From Gemmatimonadales bacterium UBA2960 (GTDB lineage Bacteria; Gemmatimonadota; Gemmatimonadetes; Longimicrobiales; Gaopeijiaceae), in NCBI GenBank assembly GCA_002348465.1, contig DEBI01000134.1:375-64374 (forward strand): DNA of 64,000 nucleotides. The letters run 5' to 3'. The notes beneath the pieces are model-generated. The model ran no database searches. It had not been told where the DNA came from and saw only the letters and a program-made list of their open reading frames with translations. The stretch's first letter is position 1; each line of letters starts with the position of its first letter. Below are positions 7,112 through 16,890 of the stretch, in pieces. Position numbers and translations under genes: made by a program.

Positions 7112-9076
7112 ATGATTTCGATCTCCAATCTAGAGAAGGGGTTCGGTGACCGAACGCTCTTCTCGGGTGCCTCCTTTCAGCTGAATGCCGGAGAACGATA
7201 CGGACTGGTAGGTGCGAATGGTTCGGGCAAGACGACTCTGTTAAATGTCATCTCTGGTTCGATAGAGGCGACCCACGGGCAGGTCTCGATTCCGAAAGCC
7301 CTCAGTCTCGGTGTGCTAAAGCAGGATCACTTCGCATACGAGAGCGAGGAGATTCTGGGGGTAGCGCTCATGGGTAACCCCGAGCTATGGAGCGCGCTCT
7401 CGGAGAAAGAAGCTATCCTGGCGGAGAGCGAGGAAGATTTCGACTACGAGCGCTTCAGTGAACTGGAGGAGACAGTTCAGCGGCTCGACGGATATGCTGC
7501 GGAAGCGAGAGCGGCTACGATTCTTGAGGGATTAGGCCTGCCTACTGAGGTGCATCGAAAGCCCCTCTCGACCTTATCGGGTGGTTTCAAACTGCGGGTC
7601 CTTCTTGCACAAGTTCTAGCCTCGGCACCCGACGTTCTCCTTCTGGATGAGCCAACTAATCACCTCGACATAATATCCATTCGATGGTTGGAGAAGTTCC
7701 TACAGGGATTTCTTGGCCCGGTTGTGATCATCTCACACGACCATCGGTTTCTTGACAATGTGTCTACGCGAATTCTGGATGTGGATTACGACACGGTGAC
7801 TTTATATCGTGGCAACTATACGCAGTTTCTTGCCGCGAAGGTGGCTGAGCGTGAGCGCCGGGAGAAAGAGATCACAAGCCGAGAGAGAGAGATCGCACAT
7901 CACCAGCAGTTCGTGGATCGATTCCGGGCCAAGGCTAGCAAGGCTCGCCAGGCGCAGAGTAAGCTGAGGTTTATTGAGAAAAAGGCTGCGGAACTGGTTG
8001 TTCTTCCAGGGAGTTCGCGTCGTTATCCAACTTTCCGTTTTGAGCAGCGCCGACCGAGTGGTAAGGAAGTCCTGACGATCCGAAACGTTCACAAGGCGTT
8101 CGGGGAAAACGAGGTCCTCCACGGTGTGAATCTCGCGGTGAACAGAGGTGACCGACTCGCGATCATGGGTCCTAACGGAATTGGGAAGTCAACGTTGCTG
8201 AAGATCCTGATGGGAGAACTTGAGGCAGATGCGGGTGAGGTCTCATGGGGGTATGAAACTCATCCTGGTTACTTCGCTCAGGACAATAAGAACGAGTTCA
8301 CGGATAGCGATGAGTCGACCGAAGCATGGTTGTGGCGGTTCTGTCCTAGTAGGGATCGGGGTTTTGTTCGCGGACAGATGGGGCTGATGCTTTTTACAGG
8401 GGACGAGGGCAAGAAGAAGGTCAGCGCGCTGTCAGGAGGTGAAGCAGCTCGACTTGTTTTTGCCCGTCTCGGATTAGATAACCCCAACGTGCTGGTGCTC
8501 GATGAGCCAACAAATCATTTGGATCTGGAGTCGATCGAAGCACTTATAGCGGCATTACGCTCTTTCGATGGTACGCTCATATTTGTGTCTCATGACCGCT
8601 GGTTTGTGAGTCAACTTGCGACTCGAGTTGTTGAGATCAGGCCGGGTGAAGTGACCGATTACTTGGGCACTTATGAGGAGTACGTTCATGCGTCGGGGGA
8701 TGACCATCTCGACGCCGACACAGTTCTTCTAAAGGCTAGACGCGAAAAACGGCGAAAAGGACGTGAGGGAAAGACCAGGGACAGGGGGGATGATGGGACA
8801 CGCAGCAGTGCGCTATCCCCGCAAGACGTTATGAAGGAGACACGGAGACTGCAGCGTGAGCTCGAAGAAATTACCGAGGCCATCGAAGTACGCGAGGCTC
8901 GTTTGAAATCGATTGATGCGTCGTTCTGTGAAGATGGTTTCTATGAGCGAACTCCGCCCGATCAAGTGGCGCTTCTAGAGCAAGAGCGTGCAGAAACGGA
9001 TAACGCACTAAAGGCCGACCTTCAAAGATGGGGTGATATCGAGTCCCAGCTTGAAGGGTTGTCGAGCTTGGTCTGA
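7112..9076 (+). CDS. ABC-F family ATPase (two ABC domains, Uup-like basic/coiled-coil C-terminus)
   Basis: Two Walker A sites (GANGSGKTT, GPNGIGKST), two LSGG signatures (LSGGFKLRV, LSGGEAARL), no TM domain. The linker is rich in Arg/Lys/Glu and the tail is charged. Confidence 0.9.
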   Translation: MISISNLEKGFGDRTLFSGASFQLNAGERYGLVGANGSGKTTLLNVISGSIEATHGQVSIPKALSLGVLKQDHFAYESEEILGVALMGNPELWSALSEKEAILAESEEDFDYERFSELEETVQRLDGYAAEARAATILEGLGLPTEVHRKPLSTLSGGFKLRVLLAQVLASAPDVLLLDEPTNHLDIISIRWLEKFLQGFLGPVVIISHDHRFLDNVSTRILDVDYDTVTLYRGNYTQFLAAKVAERERREKEITSREREIAHHQQFVDRFRAKASKARQAQSKLRFIEKKAAELVVLPGSSRRYPTFRFEQRRPSGKEVLTIRNVHKAFGENEVLHGVNLAVNRGDRLAIMGPNGIGKSTLLKILMGELEADAGEVSWGYETHPGYFAQDNKNEFTDSDESTEAWLWRFCPSRDRGFVRGQMGLMLFTGDEGKKKVSALSGGEAARLVFARLGLDNPNVLVLDEPTNHLDLESIEALIAALRSFDGTLIFVSHDRWFVSQLATRVVEIRPGEVTDYLGTYEEYVHASGDDHLDADTVLLKARREKRRKGREGKTRDRGDDGTRSSALSPQDVMKETRRLQRELEEITEAIEVREARLKSIDASFCEDGFYERTPPDQVALLEQERAETDNALKADLQRWGDIESQLEGLSSLV

Positions 9077-9255
9077 CTGCGGGCACATAAAGAAATGCGT
9101 CGAGCAGATGTTGAAATAGAAGCATCCTCCTGGGTGTTCAGTGACGAGCATAGAGGCGTGCGTGTGACGTCACGGGAATTGTGGCGACTCGTTACGAGCA
9201 AGATGAGAGGATACGTTCATCCTTGATCCACATGTTGATTTGCCCAATGCGATAG

Positions 9256-10062
9256 ATGAACGACCTAGCCCACCAGCGCACCACGATCCGTTCGTATGAG
9301 GATAGGTATCTGCGGTTTCTGACTAAAGCTGGCTTCGCTTTTCGCAGTGGGATTGGTGGGGTGATTCCTAACGGATGGACGACTATTGAGCAGGCTGAGT
9401 GGATGGCTTCTGTAGCCGCAATCAGTGAGGATGATCTTCTCTTGGATATAGGAGCCGGAAGAGGCTGGCCCGGTTCCTTGATTGCGAAAGAGACGGGGGC
9501 GAGGCTGGTTTCAGTCGACGTTCCGCTTGAGGCGCTTCGGCAGGGGGCCGAAGATCTGTGCAAGAAGCTAGGTCCGCGTGTGCTTCAAGTATGTGGAGAT
9601 GGTCGGATATTACCTATCGGCGATGCCCATTTCTCAGCTGTTTGCCAGGCCGATGTGCTCTGTTGAGTATTAGAAGAACTCTCCGTGCTGAGGGAATGTC
9701 GTCGTGTACTTAAAAAAGGTGGGAGACTGGTAGTCGTAACTATTGAGATAGCAGAAGGGCTGAGTGCAGCGCAGAGAGGTCGAGCGATCCAGTTGGGACC
9801 GGAGGATTTGGGTACCGGAGGACCTCTGCGAGACTTGGTTGCCCAGTCTGGCTTTGAGGTGGTCATTGAGCGCGATCTGACCGAAGACTTTCGAGTGTCC
9901 CTTCTGGACCGCCTTGATGCGCTAGATCAGAATGAAACAGCACTGAGGCGTGCGGAGGGGCACGAGATGGTCGATACGGAACGCGAGAAGCGTACCGACA
10001 TGCTGACGGCTGTCCAGGAAGGTATGCTTCGTCGCACTGCTTTGGTTGGGCTAGCGTCGTGA
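9256..10062 (+). pseudogene. Class I SAM-dependent methyltransferase interrupted by a single in-frame TGA (9664-9666)
   Basis: Track ORFs 9256-9666 and 9685-10062 are in the same frame. Joined they read LLLDIGAGRGWPG...FSAVCQADVLC*VLEELSVLRECRRVLKKGGRLVVV, a contiguous Methyltransf_11-type fold with the stop sitting between motifs. Confidence 0.6.
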
Positions 10063-10184
10063 CTGGCCAAAGTCGAAGCTCCACTTCTCTGATTACAGTG
10101 AAAGAGTCTTGCTCTTTTCATTCAGTGGGTCTGCGAATTCAGTCAGGGTGGTGTCTGAGAATCGTAGCGAGGTAAGAGGGTCTT

Positions 10185-11330
10185 ATGGATCGAAGATCAA
10201 TGCTAAAGATGAGTGGCTTAGGTCTCGCCAGCATTGGGATGGTGAGTTGTGCTGGGTCCCTCCCTCCGGTTAATGCAGGTGGTGGTCGCCGAGTCCGCCG
10301 GCTCGAGCCCGTCGATGCTGGATGGGAGCGGATCATCCGAACGACGGTTGGACTCAGGCCCTATCGTCCATCAGGGTTTCTACTGAGGCCTGAGCGTTTG
10401 GGAGAAAAGTTGCTCATCCACAACTACGGGCACGGTGGTTCTGGGATGTCTCTGTCATGGGGGACGGGATATATCGCAGCTGAAATGGCGGCTGAGCGCC
10501 CGGAGAAGCAGGTGGCGGTCATAGGATGTGGTGTAGTGGGTCTGACAACTGCGATCCAGCTTCAGCGACGTGGTTTCGAGGTCACTATATATGCGAAGGA
10601 AGTGCCTCCGAATACGACATCGAACATGTCGCTTGCAAGCTGGACTCCGACTTCAGGATTGGTGGATAGAGACCTTCGTACCTTGCTGTGGGACGAGCAA
10701 TTCAGAAGGGCGGCCCGGATTTCGTGGCATCAACTCCAGTTATTAGTAGGACGCGGATATGGTATCTCTTGGATTGAAGGGTATTCGCTTCAGGACTCCC
10801 CACCCGAGAACGAGGTCCGTGGAGAGAATCGACTCCTTCCTGAGGATCTCCGAGTCGGTTCCTCTATATACGGGCCCGGGCAACATCCTTTCCCAACGCG
10901 TTATGCGGTAGAGCGTCCTTCCATGCGGATCGAACCGTCGATGTACCTAGATCGTCTTGTTGATGACGTTCGAAAAGCGAGGGGTCGGATCGTTATTCGG
11001 CGTTTCGCGTCGCTTAGGAGCCTTGCTGTATTACCCGAGCCGGTAATAGTGAACTGTACCGGGCTTGGGGCTAAAGCTCTCGTGGGTGATGAGGAACTCA
11101 CGCCTCTTAAGGGTCAACTAACTCTCCTCATGCCACAGAAGGGGGTTGACTACTCAACATTCGGAGCGGCGTCCCAGACTGCTGGTGGTTTTGTCCATAT
11201 GTTGCCACGGAGAGATGGCGTAGCACTCGGCGGGACCAGTGTTGAGGGTGATTGGAGTTTGGATCCTGATCCGGATGCGGTGCGCAGGATAGTGGAAGCC
11301 CATATCGACCTGTTTTCCAGGATGGATTAA
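10185..11330 (+). CDS. FAD-dependent oxidoreductase, D-amino-acid-oxidase-like, with a Tat signal
   Basis: MDRRSMLKMSGLGLASIGMVSCAG (RR motif). The dinucleotide fold is VAVIGCGVVGLTTAIQLQRRGFEVTIYAKE. NTTSNMSLASWTP resembles the DAO TTS..A.G.W.P block. Confidence 0.7.
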   Translation: MDRRSMLKMSGLGLASIGMVSCAGSLPPVNAGGGRRVRRLEPVDAGWERIIRTTVGLRPYRPSGFLLRPERLGEKLLIHNYGHGGSGMSLSWGTGYIAAEMAAERPEKQVAVIGCGVVGLTTAIQLQRRGFEVTIYAKEVPPNTTSNMSLASWTPTSGLVDRDLRTLLWDEQFRRAARISWHQLQLLVGRGYGISWIEGYSLQDSPPENEVRGENRLLPEDLRVGSSIYGPGQHPFPTRYAVERPSMRIEPSMYLDRLVDDVRKARGRIVIRRFASLRSLAVLPEPVIVNCTGLGAKALVGDEELTPLKGQLTLLMPQKGVDYSTFGAASQTAGGFVHMLPRRDGVALGGTSVEGDWSLDPDPDAVRRIVEAHIDLFSRMD

Positions 11331-11448
11331 AAAAGAGGGATTGTACGCGAGAAACATCCTGATCTGTTAGTGCCTAATGTGCTCGCGCTGTCAGCTTTTG
11401 CTCCGTATCTTCCCGGATATGATGTGCCCCATGTAGCAGGAGTGCTCG

Positions 11449-12081
11449 ATGGATCAGGCAGAATCCGTGAGTGTGCTTGAGGAAAAGTACTCTCGCCGCA
11501 CGTTTATCAAGGGTGTTATCGCCACAGGTGCCACCGCCTCTTCGGCTGGCTACCTCTTCCGTGGAAGTCCACTCCTCGGAGCGGCGACTTATCAGACTGC
11601 GACCGAGCGTCTGATCACACTGAACGTCAATGGTCAAGAGCGGCGAGTGGATGTGCTCCCGCATGAGACTCTGGCTATGACGTTGCGATACAAGCTCGGA
11701 CTCACCGGTACAAAATTAGGCTGTGACAGGGCAGAGTGCGGCGCCTGTACAGTGTTAATTGACGGGGTGTCTCAGTATGGCTGCTCAATGCTCACCCACC
11801 AAGTGCGCGGTCGCTCAGTTGCCACTATTGAAGGTTTGGAAGATGCCGACACGGGTGAACTGTCGGTGGTTCAGAAGGCGGTGATGGAAGAAGGTGGTTT
11901 CCAGTGTGCTTTCTGCGCCCCGGGCTTCATAATGGCTATGACAGAGATGATCGAGGTTAATCCCAACCCGACTCGAGAGGAGGCCCGGCTCGCCTTGTCG
12001 GGTAACCTCTGTCGGTGTGCCGACTACGACAAGATTCTGACTTGTGCGATGCGAGCTGCTGAGCTCGCACGCAGCGTGTAA
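11449..12081 (+). CDS. (2Fe-2S)-binding small subunit of a xanthine-dehydrogenase-family oxidoreductase, Tat signal (PaoA-like)
   Basis: SRRTFIKGVIATGATASSAG twin-arginine signal. CDRAECGACTV and CAFCAPGF...CRCADY are the two 2Fe-2S motifs. Confidence 0.9.
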   Translation: MDQAESVSVLEEKYSRRTFIKGVIATGATASSAGYLFRGSPLLGAATYQTATERLITLNVNGQERRVDVLPHETLAMTLRYKLGLTGTKLGCDRAECGACTVLIDGVSQYGCSMLTHQVRGRSVATIEGLEDADTGELSVVQKAVMEEGGFQCAFCAPGFIMAMTEMIEVNPNPTREEARLALSGNLCRCADYDKILTCAMRAAELARSV

Positions 12082-12091
12082 GGAGAAAGTT

Positions 12092-14479
12092 ATGGCCGAA
12101 CGACTGGTAGGAGCCGACATCGCGCCACCAGATCTCCACGCGAAGATCACGGGACGCGCCAGATACGCTGAAGATTTTCGAGCACCGGGTATGGTGTTTG
12201 CGAAGCTACTTCTCTCACCTATGCCCCACGCTCGAGTACGCAGGGTCGATGCGAGTCGAGCACTCGCAATGGAGGGTGTTATAGACATTCTCAGGGCGGA
12301 TGAAGTCCCATCGCGTGATGGTCCGCGGGAGGCGTGTTTGACGGACACACCTCGGTACGAAGGAGAACCGATTCTCGCTGTAGCTGCTGTGGATGAAGAA
12401 ACCGCTGCGGCTGCCATCGAAGCCATCGAAATCGACTTCGAACCACTCCCATTTGTCATTGATCCCCTAGAAAGCCTCCGCCCGGGTGGCCCGAACGCGT
12501 ATGTGGACGGAAACCAGTTCTCGGGTCAGGATGGGTGGAGCGATTTCAAGTGGACCGATACGGACTTTGCTAAGGTGGACGCTGGCGAGATGCCCGATCC
12601 ATCGTGTCCGGTCGAGTGGACTAAGGGTGACCCAGAGTCTGCGTTTGCGGAATCAGCACTCGTTTTGGAAGAGACGATCGTTCACCAGTCGCTGACACAC
12701 CACCCCATGGAGCCTCGCTCCAATATGGCCTACTGGGAGGGTGAGACGCTTCACGCATTCGTTTCTACTCAGAGTTCACAGCAGACTAAGTTTGCTCTTG
12801 CAGGGGCCCTCCAGATTGACCCCGAGAACATAAATCTCGTGTCTGAATATTGTGGCGGAGGTTTTGGGTCCAAAATCGCTGGGACAACAGTGATGCAGAT
12901 CCCGGCTCTGTTTAGTAGGAAAATCAATCGTCCGGTCATGCTCCGGATAACGAGATATGAAGAGAACTATGTAGGTCGCGCACGGCCGGGTTTTCAAACG
13001 TGGCTAAAGATGGGCTTCTTGCAGGACGGGAAGTGCAATGCCATTGACTTGATCATAGTTCAGGAGAGTGGTCCCTACGGAGCCGGTGACTTCAACACCG
13101 CTGGGATGATCGCAGACCTGACTTACACGCCACAAAACATGCGTTTTCGTGGAGTGTCCATGTACACGAATACTCCACCAAAGGCTGCTCAGCGCGGTCC
13201 GGGTGGTGCGCAAATCATTTCGATGATGGAACCGATCCTTGAAAAGGCAGGTCGGGAACTTGGTGTTGACCGCTTCGAGATACACCGCATGAATGCTCCA
13301 CGCGGAGATGTGCAATTTGGCCCGCGTAACGCAACGCTCACGAGTGTGCATGCGGTAGAAGCGCTAGATCAAGGGAGGGAGATGTTCGACTGGGACGCCA
13401 AGTTAGCCATTTCAGGAAAGCGAAACGGCTCGAAAGTTACAGGTGTCGGTATTGGTCTCTCACCCTACACCGCAGGATCTCGCGGTCGTGATGGTATGAT
13501 GATCATCCGTCCTGACGGCAAGCTCTACGTGCATCAAGGGATAGGTAATTTAGGGACTCATTCAATCGCTGATACGGCTCGCCCCGCAGCCGAGCTCCTC
13601 GGGTACAATTGGGAAGACGTAGAGATTGTATGGGGGAACTCGGCGCGGGCGTATCCGCGGTCAACCGTTCAAGCAGGATCACAAACGACGACCGCGCACA
13701 CGCGGGCCAACCATGCAGCTGCGACCGACGCGCTCAGGAAAATCCGGGAAGTGGCGGCGGCAGCTCTGGGAGGTTCAGCTTCGTCCTACAGTGTCGACTC
13801 AGGGCGGGTCAGTGGGCCGGGAGGGACGATGACTCTCGGTCGGATTGCGGAACGAGCGATTGCTATGGGTGGTGAGTACTCCGGTGAAGTCCTCCCTGAT
13901 GATGTTCATGCGCAGACTGTTCCGGCCGCTCAGATACTTGCAGGCGAAGGTCTGATGGGAATCGCCCGGGACAACTACGGCGGGGAAGGCAACATCTATT
14001 CATGGGTTGCGGGTTTTGCAATGGTCGAACTCGATGAAGAAACCGGTGTGGTAGAGCTGAAGGAGTACGTGGGTGTTACGGATTGTGGGACCGTGATTCA
14101 CCCCCGAAGCTTGGGTGCACAGGTTTTCGGCGGAAGCATCCAGGGTATGGGTATGGCAATGACCCAGAGGTGGGTATTCGACCCGCAGTGGGGTGTGCCG
14201 TTTGCGAACCGTTTCTATACAGCTCGACCGCCAGGGTTTTTAGACATTCCTGCCGACCTGAAGTGGGGTGCAGTGGGCATTCCCGATCCACAGGATCCAG
14301 TTGGGGCAAAGGGAATCGGTGAGCCACCTGTGGGTGCGGGTGCTGCTGCACTGACGTCGGCCATTGCAGATGCGATGGGAGGACGTTGCGTGTGCAGGAC
14401 CCCACTAACACCGGATGTCCTGCTCGCTGAGATCGAAGGTCGACCGATGTACGGTCGCCTAGAACAGCACGTCGGTTAG
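12092..14479 (+). CDS. Molybdopterin-binding large subunit, xanthine dehydrogenase/aldehyde oxidase family (PaoC/CoxL-like)
   Basis: ATG at 12092 preceded by aggaga; the track start at 12044 overlaps the upstream gene. KITGRARYAEDF, the aldehyde-oxidase a/b hammerhead region and the C-terminal GAKGIGEPPVGAGAAAL block are typical. Confidence 0.9.
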   Translation: MAERLVGADIAPPDLHAKITGRARYAEDFRAPGMVFAKLLLSPMPHARVRRVDASRALAMEGVIDILRADEVPSRDGPREACLTDTPRYEGEPILAVAAVDEETAAAAIEAIEIDFEPLPFVIDPLESLRPGGPNAYVDGNQFSGQDGWSDFKWTDTDFAKVDAGEMPDPSCPVEWTKGDPESAFAESALVLEETIVHQSLTHHPMEPRSNMAYWEGETLHAFVSTQSSQQTKFALAGALQIDPENINLVSEYCGGGFGSKIAGTTVMQIPALFSRKINRPVMLRITRYEENYVGRARPGFQTWLKMGFLQDGKCNAIDLIIVQESGPYGAGDFNTAGMIADLTYTPQNMRFRGVSMYTNTPPKAAQRGPGGAQIISMMEPILEKAGRELGVDRFEIHRMNAPRGDVQFGPRNATLTSVHAVEALDQGREMFDWDAKLAISGKRNGSKVTGVGIGLSPYTAGSRGRDGMMIIRPDGKLYVHQGIGNLGTHSIADTARPAAELLGYNWEDVEIVWGNSARAYPRSTVQAGSQTTTAHTRANHAAATDALRKIREVAAAALGGSASSYSVDSGRVSGPGGTMTLGRIAERAIAMGGEYSGEVLPDDVHAQTVPAAQILAGEGLMGIARDNYGGEGNIYSWVAGFAMVELDEETGVVELKEYVGVTDCGTVIHPRSLGAQVFGGSIQGMGMAMTQRWVFDPQWGVPFANRFYTARPPGFLDIPADLKWGAVGIPDPQDPVGAKGIGEPPVGAGAAALTSAIADAMGGRCVCRTPLTPDVLLAEIEGRPMYGRLEQHVG

Positions 14480-14492
14480 GAGAGGACGAGAC

Positions 14493-15491
14493 ATGGCGAA
14501 GATCAGAGATATGATCCCGGCGTTCGAGCTTTTTCAGCCGACGACCGTGGGCGATGCACTAGAGCTTCTCGACGAGCACCGTGGGCAGGCGTGGGTTCTG
14601 GCTGGAGGGCTGGACTCGTTCGACTGGTTCAAGGATCGAGTTAAGCGGCCTTCGGCCGTAGTTGATCTCGGTGGCATTTCTGAACTCACAGGAATCCGTG
14701 AACTAGAAGATGGAATCGAGATCGGGGCAATGACCTCTCTCACAGAGATAGAACGAGACGAGAGGGTACGCTCCGGGTTTTCTGTTCTAGCTGACGCAGC
14801 GCGTCACGTGGCAACACCTCAGATTCGAAATCAAGGGACCTTGGGCGGAAATGTCTCCCAGGATACAAGGTGTTGGTATTACCGAAGCGGCTGGCCATGC
14901 TATCGCGCGGGGGGTAACACCTGCTATGCGGCAGCCCCTCAGGCGATGAACCGTGAGCATTGCATAATGGGGAGGAGTCGATGTGTGGCGGTGAACCCTT
15001 CGGATACTGCGCCGGCACTGATTGCCGTAGACGCAAAGATGGTCGTAGAAAGCAACGGAGGCTCGACAGTCCACGATGCCGAGGACTTCTTTATTGGTCC
15101 TGCAATAGACATCACGCGGATGACTGTGATGAAGTCCCAGGACCTTCTTACGCGGATCCACATTCCGGCGAAGTGGGCTGATGCCGACTTCTACTATGAG
15201 AAGATTCGCGATCGCGGTTCTTGGGATTTCCAACTCGTTAGCGTTGCTGCGGCGTTCCGTAAGTCAGAGGGTAAAATCGAGGAAGCCCGAATTTCTGTTA
15301 ACGGTGTAGCGCCGTTTCCAGTCCGTTTGGACGCAGTAGAGCGATTGGTGCAGGGGACATCGGGTGATGAGTCGACGGCGAGCGCAGCAGGAGAGCTAGC
15401 GATCCAGGGTGCCCGTCCACTCCGACATAATGATTACAAAGTCGCAATGATGAGAAATCTCGTCCGCCGTGCGGTCAGGAGTGTTTCCTGA
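14493..15491 (+). CDS. FAD-binding medium subunit of the xanthine-dehydrogenase-family enzyme (PaoB/CoxM-like)
   Basis: FELFQPTTVGDALELL...WVLAGGLDSFDW and ATPQIRNQGTLGGNV are FAD_binding_5 / CO-dehydrogenase flavoprotein blocks. Confidence 0.9.
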   Translation: MAKIRDMIPAFELFQPTTVGDALELLDEHRGQAWVLAGGLDSFDWFKDRVKRPSAVVDLGGISELTGIRELEDGIEIGAMTSLTEIERDERVRSGFSVLADAARHVATPQIRNQGTLGGNVSQDTRCWYYRSGWPCYRAGGNTCYAAAPQAMNREHCIMGRSRCVAVNPSDTAPALIAVDAKMVVESNGGSTVHDAEDFFIGPAIDITRMTVMKSQDLLTRIHIPAKWADADFYYEKIRDRGSWDFQLVSVAAAFRKSEGKIEEARISVNGVAPFPVRLDAVERLVQGTSGDESTASAAGELAIQGARPLRHNDYKVAMMRNLVRRAVRSVS

Positions 15492-16372
15492 TGGATATTT
15501 GGCGCCGGGCTGCGAACCCGTGGGGTCAGGATGTACTCATCGGAGTGTCATGGGATTTGATGTGGAGTGCTGTTATAGCAGCGGTTGCTTTCGTGATCGG
15601 ACATGCTCTATGGGTTCGTACGAGGAAAGAGGAGGCACACGAACCTCCGGCGGATGTTCCTGCTGGTATCCCTGAAAAAATAGAGCGACACTCTTTTGCA
15701 TCCAGAGCATTCCATTGGGTGATGTCGATCGCGATGCTAGTGCTTCTTGTCACGGCCTTCGTGCCAGTGATGGGGTGGCAGTTTAATTGGGTAGATCTGC
15801 ACTGGCAGGCCGGTGTCCTACTAATTCTGACAGTTGTGTACCACGTCATTCATGCGATTGGGTGGCAAGATTTCTGGTCGATGTTCCAACTCGGAGTGAG
15901 CGAGGGCATTGCGACGCTCAAGCACATACTTTCACCGGAGGCACCTGCGCCACCGAAAGCTGGAAAGTACCCGTTCGATCACCGCATGTATCACCATGTG
16001 ATCGTTGTGGTGTCGTTAGCTGCGATTATCACGGGTGTCCTAATGATGGTGCGAATAGACACTCCGCTATGGACGAGAAATCCGTATCTGTTCAGTGACA
16101 CAACGTGGGGAGTGATGTATGTGGTGCACGGTCTTTCGGGTGTATCACTAATCCTATTGATAGCCTCACACATTTACTTTGCGCTTAGGCCAGAGAAAAG
16201 GTGGATCACATGGTCTATGGTTCGTGGTTGGATTGATCGGGAGCACTATCTTGAGCACTTCGATCCGGCAAAGTGGGTTGTAACAGATGTTGGTATGAAG
16301 TCTGCGGACGGCGCAGCTCCAGGAACGGGCGCCGTAGCCGAACAGATTCCCAGCGCCAAGCGAGAGGATTAG
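15491..16372 (+). CDS. Membrane cytochrome b (Ni/Fe-hydrogenase / formate dehydrogenase gamma-type b cytochrome family)
   Basis: The ATG overlaps the upstream TGA by 1 nt (tgatg). RHSFASRAFHWVMSIAMLVLLV is the family N-terminal His block. Further His sit in predicted helices (YHVIHA, HHVIVV, VVHGLSG, SHIYF). About 5 TM segments. Confidence 0.7.
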   Translation: MDIWRRAANPWGQDVLIGVSWDLMWSAVIAAVAFVIGHALWVRTRKEEAHEPPADVPAGIPEKIERHSFASRAFHWVMSIAMLVLLVTAFVPVMGWQFNWVDLHWQAGVLLILTVVYHVIHAIGWQDFWSMFQLGVSEGIATLKHILSPEAPAPPKAGKYPFDHRMYHHVIVVVSLAAIITGVLMMVRIDTPLWTRNPYLFSDTTWGVMYVVHGLSGVSLILLIASHIYFALRPEKRWITWSMVRGWIDREHYLEHFDPAKWVVTDVGMKSADGAAPGTGAVAEQIPSAKRED

Positions 16373-16425
16373 TTCTAGAAGTCATCTCGTGAGTCACTGA
16401 ATCCTATAGATTTTCCGGAGAAATT

Positions 16426-16815
16426 GTGTCCGACGCTAAGAACGAAGTGAAGCAACGTATAGACTCTATAGAGTCGAGCTATGAGTTCTTCCTCGCTTAT
16501 GCGGCGCAGGGGCGCACAACGGACGAGGGAGCGAAATCCGGCGCCGAGCTTCGGGAATTTCTGACCAAGCTTGAGGATGCGCTCGAAGGCCTGGCCGACA
16601 CTGTTGCTGAAGCGGTGTCAGATCAGGAGCCCAGAGATTCTTGGGATGAGATGACTTCCGTAGTGAGACGTGACGCTGCTGCTGCCCTGAGTGCTGTGCA
16701 GTTGGTAGCTGCGAGATCAGGCATAAGCTCTCAGCTAATAGACAACTTAAACGCGAACATGCATCTGAGAGCTGTGTTGACCGACCTGTTCCTAGTAGAC
16801 GACCTAGTGGGGTAA
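16426..16815 (+). CDS. Hypothetical soluble acidic protein (129 aa)
   Basis: GTG-start ORF with coding-like composition, 75 nt upstream of the FeS-NrfD gene. I recognise no motif. Confidence 0.4.
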   Translation: MSDAKNEVKQRIDSIESSYEFFLAYAAQGRTTDEGAKSGAELREFLTKLEDALEGLADTVAEAVSDQEPRDSWDEMTSVVRRDAAAALSAVQLVAARSGISSQLIDNLNANMHLRAVLTDLFLVDDLVG

Positions 16816-16890
16816 GGACTCCGGGTGGTCCTCTGCAACACTGTGATACTTAAGGTAGATTGAGCGGCTGAGGACAACTACACCAGCGGT

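Noticed and set aside
9664-9730. Possible SECIS element after the in-frame TGA of the methyltransferase.
   Set aside because: Only a 3-bp pairing (UCC/GGG around GUGCUGA) could be drawn in the expected window. There is no convincing stem-loop with an apical G/U, so selenocysteine is kept only as a low-probability alternative.
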